DNA of 64,000 nucleotides from Dudresnaya verticillata (Eukaryota): NCBI GenBank assembly GCA_977862235.1, contig OZ374558.1, positions 3,100,001 to 3,164,000 of the forward strand, read 5' to 3'. Shown piece by piece: positions 58,128 to 64,000 of this stretch (position 1 is its first letter; each line of letters starts with the position of its first letter). The notes under the pieces were generated by a model. It saw only the letters and a program-made list of their open reading frames with translations, ran no database searches and was not told where the DNA came from. The position numbers and the translations under genes were made by a program.

Positions 58128-58517
58128 GCGTTGGCATACGGCGTATGTGTGTATGTTCAAGACGAGAAGATGTAGGCGGCCGGATTCTTGACCACCGCCA
58201 GTCGGTGCCTTGGTACCTTGGTACGCTCGTCTGTGAGTTGCTGCACAGAACGGTTTGCACAACTGCTCTCGGAACAGCAACTTACTCTGTAGGTGTAGCA
58301 GCGAGCTTGGCGATGGTCGGTCGCGTCAGAAGGAGTGTGAAGAGTAAGCAGCCGACTATCGCCGAACGATCGCCGGAAATAATGCCCGGCCAATCTTGCC
58401 CACAAGACTTACTTAAAGCCAGCAAGTGTGTCCCGCTTAAGTTGCAGTCTACAACACAACCGCGGAAAGAAGCACTTCCTCCTCCTGAACACCACCCACC
58501 CCAATCCTCTCGCCAAC

Positions 58518-59354
58518 ATGGATTCAACCAACGCACAACAAACTGTCAACTTCACCGAAGAGCTCCTGGGCATCTTGGACCTCCTCCGCCTCCGGTCAGA
58601 ACGCCTCCCCACAACTCCTCTAGCCGCGCTCATCGAGGCCTGCCACATCCGTCTGCAAGTCGTCTTGCACGTGATCACCAGAGTCAGCCGCCTCAAGCAG
58701 CGTGTACTTGCAGAGACCTTGAGGAACCGACCGGATGCTCCCAAGTTGCCAACTTGCACGCTGTGCAACGAGACGCTCTTCCCGCCAACCACCTTGAGGT
58801 CTCCCTGTCATCATCTGTTTCACGTGCATTGCATGCTCGCAAGAGTACGGAACGGTACGCAAGTGCGGTGTCCGACGTGCGCGGAGTGCATCAGGATTAC
58901 GCAGATTGTGTCTCCGCAGTGCGGCTTCCTTGACACCGAGATGATGGCAAACGCCCTAGGCACGCCGCAACAGACACAATGGCCGTTTGCAGACGCTTGT
59001 GAGATATCAAGCGAGTTGCTGCGCTTCCTAGGCGGCGCGGTACAGCTTTTGGCCATGGTGTTTGCTGTCGGAGTCGAGGTGGACCGTAGCGATACCCGTC
59101 AGGGTGATGGTCACCGTTGTGAGGCAGCAAGTCGTGCTGGTGAGGCCAGTGCTTCGACAGCACAGTACCCTCCTACTCCTCTACAAGCACGAGATCCCGA
59201 CTACTACAGGCGTTCTTCCTTTCCGCTCGGCAGCCGCAGATGCCGGCGACTGACCGAAGCACAAGTTTTCCGCATGTTGACGGCATTTAACATCCGTCTT
59301 AGTCAGACTGTCTCTTCTTTCGCTCGGACGCTACGGGATTCTCTACGGCGTTAA
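58518..59354 (+). CDS. RING-H2 finger protein (putative E3 ubiquitin ligase), 278 aa
   Basis: CTLC-x13-CHH-LF-H-VH-C-x12-CPTC. First ATG at 58518. Confidence 0.8.
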   Translation: MDSTNAQQTVNFTEELLGILDLLRLRSERLPTTPLAALIEACHIRLQVVLHVITRVSRLKQRVLAETLRNRPDAPKLPTCTLCNETLFPPTTLRSPCHHLFHVHCMLARVRNGTQVRCPTCAECIRITQIVSPQCGFLDTEMMANALGTPQQTQWPFADACEISSELLRFLGGAVQLLAMVFAVGVEVDRSDTRQGDGHRCEAASRAGEASASTAQYPPTPLQARDPDYYRRSSFPLGSRRCRRLTEAQVFRMLTAFNIRLSQTVSSFARTLRDSLRR

Positions 59355-61615
59355 GAGAGAGAGAGAGAGAGGCTGATTGTTACTTGCATTGATGTTGCGA
59401 TAACTCAGCTTTGAGAATAGAGGGATGCCTGTTTTCTGAAAGCTTGCAACGGTACCACCAGAGAGCCAGGAGGTCGTCGTGTGGGTCAGAGAGCGGGAGG
59501 TCGGGAGCGAATCGATGCAATGCTGAACACCTGGCACGAGCAAGACATATTTTGCCGATGCCGGTACGCTTAACACTCTATCCTGTAGTGCCCAATCTCA
59601 AGAAGAAGACATGATCAACTTGGCTTGGATGTCCTCGTGGATGATCCCCCTTTCGCCTCTTAGACTCAAGCATTTGCCGTCTCTGTTATGAGTCATCATT
59701 GGGGGTGAACCGTGCATCTCGCGCTGTCGTAACAGGGAAGGACGTCATCAGTGATGACTCATCACTACAGTCGTCCCTGCTACAACGATACTATCGAACT
59801 ACATCCGAAGGTGGCGGACATGAACAATGAACAAATACCTAAAGATTGTCACGGACGTGATGAAGTGCTAGGCCGAACATGTCAAGGGCGTAGCGGCTAG
59901 TACATAGTAGCATCATAGAACTTGGTACAGCGGTTGGCATGAGAGGTCGAATCTCGTCCCCCCTTTTTGGTAGCGGTTGTATACTATTTCACAACGAGTT
60001 AACATGTCGTTGCCGTAGAACCGAGATTGTGATGCTACAGTTGGGACTGAGAGAGGAAGTTCAGTTACAATATCCTTTTCATACATAGGCTAAGCTACAG
60101 CCGTATGTAGTGCAAAAACTCCAGTTTAGGGACACAACAATTGCAAGTACGTGTGGCACGACAGCAGTCGTTCATAAAGGTCTTGACCCTGTTACATGTT
60201 TCGATTGTTGCGCGCAGCACAGCGCTTCTTTTAGTATGGCTCCGGAGAAGGGAACTTCTCCGACTACCGAGCTGACTAATTTCCTTACACGACTAGTTCT
60301 GCGTCGCCGAACAGACAATGAACAGCGAAGGCAATCATTTCAGGATCGTTAGTCGTAGCACCTACTATGAGCAAAATCGAACCCGTCAAGTTCCCTTATG
60401 GATCTTCTTGTTATTCCTGACTAAGGCTGACCTCACCCTATCATGAGCACAATCGAACCGGCTAAGGGGCCGTAGGGGTTTCTTTGAGTAAATTGTTCTT
60501 CTAAGACAACATATATGTGTAACAGGCAATTGCATTGCTACAGGTGCATCTAATTGAACGTCCCCAATGGATTTCTAACCGACGAACAAAGCTGTAGCCT
60601 GCTCTAGCAGTGCAATCCGCTGTTATCGGTATGATATCGGCTAGATGTTCTGGTATGGACAACAAGTGTATAATAACGTAAGAAGTTGGTATTGTAACAA
60701 CTGCGATGCACATTATAGAAGGAACTAAAAAGGCAGACGAGAATGCACTTCTGGGTACCGAAGAACGTACCCAGATCTAAAGCAACTGCACTGCGCACTA
60801 GACGATATTATCTCGACCTGTTCGACTTGGAACCTCACTGTAGCTACAAACATTGGGTACGATGATCTACTCACGACTGCACAATAGCTGCTTACGTTCG
60901 ACGCGCTCGACTCTGTAGACCAGTAAACCTAACTATCATTAACGTATTCTGGCGTGTTGGAACTATCCACTGCTATCCTAAGCACTGCTAAGCCATTAAC
61001 TTTCCTTTGTAATGTGTCAAGTACAAATTCGAATGCAATGCGCAGGCCTCTTTGTTCTGCACTTTGGGAATGCTTGCTGTTCGTGTCCCCGTATTTCTAA
61101 GACAAGCTTTGCGTTTTGGCATTGTCTCCAGCATTACTAGGGGTCTGCTGCGGTCACCAACGTCTCCATTACCTGTCGGACACATTTTGTTGAAGACTTG
61201 ACCCGAAATGTCCAAAAGTCCTGAGAATGATACGGCTTGTACTACAGGCTGCGCCATCTCCACGGCCCGTGATACGTGTTCTATTGTTCTACAGCGACAA
61301 GGCTTTAACGGGGGAGATACCTTTATTTCCAAAGCAAGAGAAAGGCTCTTTATGAGAGCGTAGGAAACATATAGGAAACAAAAGCGTAAAGAATAAAGGC
61401 TCGAAAGGATCGAAAGGGCTACTGGCTGAAACTCTTCGAAAGTTTCCTATAACGTTTCAAACTGATACACACGAGATCCCATTACCTATCGTCCACGTGT
61501 TCCGCACTCTCTTCGTTGCCAAACTGTTGGCATCATTCGACTCTGATTTTCCCTTATCGCAAAAGGGTTAGGTCTCGCCTATCTGTACGCCGTAGATCGC
61601 GGTCTGCAATGATCG

Positions 61616-62665
61616 TTAAGCAATTCGAAAGGCCCCCTTTCTATTCGCGGGCTTTGCGTCAGGATCATTCAAGGTCCCAGCCTTCTTCGCAGCTAAATTC
61701 TTCTTGAAGAAGTTCTTCCCAGACGCGATCATCTCAGAGTCATCCACCATCTCATGCAGCGCCTTTAGATTCACGTTGTACCGCTCAACCGCAAGCGCCA
61801 CTTTTACGTTCGTGTAGGTGTAGCTAGAACACCCGATTGCGACCTTCCACGAGTGCTCGTCAAAAGTGCATCGAATTACATTGAAGGCACAACCCACCCT
61901 TTGTCCAACTGCGTCGTAATAGAACATTGGCACGTACGAGTTGTACACCTTATGCACATCTTTCGTTGAAGACACTGCTTTCATCTCACCACTCGCCGTT
62001 GTCATTGCTCCTACAAGCTGCTTAGCGGCCAGGGGACTGAAGCCGCTCACGGCGGTTTCAATGACTCCAAGGATGAACTCTTCAGCTAGAGAGCCATCCC
62101 TCGTTGTAATGCTCTTTGTATCCGAGTATTGTGTGCCGAGTCCGAGAACTGCAGCATTGTCGTTGACATACGACAGAACCGGGCTTGTTAACAGACCGTT
62201 GTTTCTATAACGCTCAGCATCCGGGTTTTCTCCCTCGAGCTTCTTGAAAGTCGGACCTCCTTCGGTAACTTGCACCTCCCCATCCACAATGATTTTATCA
62301 ACAAATCTATTCAGCTGGCTCGTGAAGAGCTGAATCCAAACATTGAAGTCGTCAGTCGCCTGGTTGTACTGATCTCGTACCTTGTCATCTCCCTTCGCGT
62401 ACTGCACAAGTGTATGCGAAAGGGTTATTCCAGACGGCAGTACTTCCTCATCGGAATAGTCTGGCTTGCCATCGACAACTCCTTCTTCCTTCAATGCGCC
62501 AATGGCCTTACTTTTACGGTGCTCAATTGAACGTCTCTTTCGTTCCAAATGTTTTCCGTGAATGAACCTTCTCCCATTATTGGAAAAGGCCTGGTACGCG
62601 TCGGGATTGTTTTGAGGCGTAATAAGGCCTAGCTTGAACTTGCTGAGAGCGCTTAGTTCCGTCAT
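61616..62665 (-). CDS. Hypothetical 349-aa protein, possibly Evf/Cyt-toxin-fold
   Basis: Intact ATG-to-stop ORF with normal composition and no signal peptide. An amphipathic helical hairpin is followed by long beta-strand-like segments and a GCSS Cys motif. The fold call is recalled similarity only. Confidence 0.8.
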   Translation of the reverse strand: MTELSALSKFKLGLITPQNNPDAYQAFSNNGRRFIHGKHLERKRRSIEHRKSKAIGALKEEGVVDGKPDYSDEEVLPSGITLSHTLVQYAKGDDKVRDQYNQATDDFNVWIQLFTSQLNRFVDKIIVDGEVQVTEGGPTFKKLEGENPDAERYRNNGLLTSPVLSYVNDNAAVLGLGTQYSDTKSITTRDGSLAEEFILGVIETAVSGFSPLAAKQLVGAMTTASGEMKAVSSTKDVHKVYNSYVPMFYYDAVGQRVGCAFNVIRCTFDEHSWKVAIGCSSYTYTNVKVALAVERYNVNLKALHEMVDDSEMIASGKNFFKKNLAAKKAGTLNDPDAKPANRKGAFRIA

Positions 62666-64000
62666 GTCTCTTTGAGATCTCTTGATCGATTTTCTGTTCG
62701 AAGGGTAGCAAACAACTTGGAGGGAGGTAGTGTGGATGGGAAGGAAGGTTCACTTTGTCGGCGATGAGGGGGTTTAATACCAACAAAGACGAGCACTTCA
62801 ATGCGGTGACTGATACGGCCAGCCCAGAAAGACCTTAGCGAGAGGTAACAAGGTTTCTTTTTAAAGGAGGCGCAGTCATCCAGAAATATTCGAGTGCTTT
62901 GTTTTTGCTCGGCTCTATGAGATGCCTTTTTTATATTCGTGGGAGTACTTCAAAGTTCCTTGTCACTCCTTTCGACGTGTGAATACCATTTCTATCCAAT
63001 GCTAGAGATGCAAATGGTCTCTATTGACGCTTCGTGATATAATAGCAAACGTTCAGTACAGGAACTGTTCGGGAGGGCAAACCAACACCGAGTGAAGCCG
63101 GACATGATTTTCTTTTATGACCATTTATGGTACACAGCAGTTAAAGGAGTCTACTATGGCTATACATAGCCCTATGTACATAATCAAAGATTCTTGACGT
63201 CTCCACTAAGAGTTGGCTGGTGGGAGTTCCAGAACGGTGGTTGACAGGAACAGATAGGCGTGCCTTTATTCTCGAAGGAATGTATGCGTGTGGGCACGTA
63301 CAATCTTTCGACTTTGCGTTTTACCACACGTTAGTGTTTAATGCCTATCCTATCTACAATGATTTAATGTGGAGAGTGCAGTGTACAAGATTTGTCCTGC
63401 GATATCCTCACAGGATAGAAATAAACGGTACCGGTCGTGGTGGGATAGTTGCAGCTGTGAAAGATTTGGTTGCCTCGGCCTTTGTGGACATTAATAACCT
63501 GAAGCGCATCGACGTTGCCTGTGCGATAGAGGTAGGCATTGTCTTGGGCCCTCAGCTTTCTCCGGCTCAGTGGAAGCGGCGAGGAGGAACACGCTCGAGC
63601 TAGCGCCATAACGGGTACCCTAGGCCATGGCTCACAGCATGAATCGTGATGAAGCGCGCATGACTCGTGCTGTGTGACCATGAACACGTAATGGTTAAAG
63701 CTGTACCTATTTATCGTTTCTTTTTGTCAAGACCTATAAGCCTACGGATTGTTTTCATCCGCTGTTGGTGCTCCCTCTTACGATCCCCCTTCCATGACGA
63801 CAAGGAGAGCAATGCTGTTAGCTAATAATGCCTTCTCTATTTGTTTACAGTTCTTCCATTCCACACTGTCTAAACTGCGTCAACCAACGGCATAGATATC
63901 ATGGACACAACTAACGAGAGTTGGATAACAGCACCGCTCCATTTCGGTTCTGTGCACAATTCACCGCTACCTCTAGCCTCTTGGAAGCCGAGCTGGCGCG

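Noticed and set aside
59890..59970. tRNA or SINE candidate (GGTCGAATCTC followed by a T-run)
   Set aside because: The T-loop lacks the TTCG consensus and there are no acceptor or anticodon stems.
60359..60485. Diverged direct repeat, 75-bp period (ATGAGCA.AATCGAACC)
   Set aside because: Two degenerate copies only, consistent with an ordinary local duplication.

Overview
This is eukaryotic, intron-poor nuclear DNA, most likely from a florideophyte red alga such as Chondrus; that assignment is inferred from gene style and transposon types, not searched. About 0.3-18.1 kb is a nest of decayed transposons: a Ty1/copia element (+), a probable LINE 3' remnant, two Ty3/gypsy elements (-, one with a chromodomain-like end), a PIF/Harbinger DNA transposon, and three related LTRs. 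Two of those LTRs are clean solo LTRs with 10-bp terminal inverted repeats and 5-bp target duplications. About 20-64 kb is a gene region, mostly single-exon and rich in lineage-specific cell-surface genes. It holds a secreted Cys-repeat protein with a Hint-like C-terminal module, four members of an unannotated 3-TM family (one tandem pair, one head-to-head pair), and two paralogous secreted proteins, one with an extensin-like SPHPPPYYYKS insert. It also holds an AGC kinase, a type II membrane sulfotransferase, a RING-H2 protein, a probable pseudogene of a secreted protein, and an Evf/Cyt-toxin-like protein. I could not support any rRNA, tRNA or CRISPR feature. All family assignments come from motif recognition by eye.
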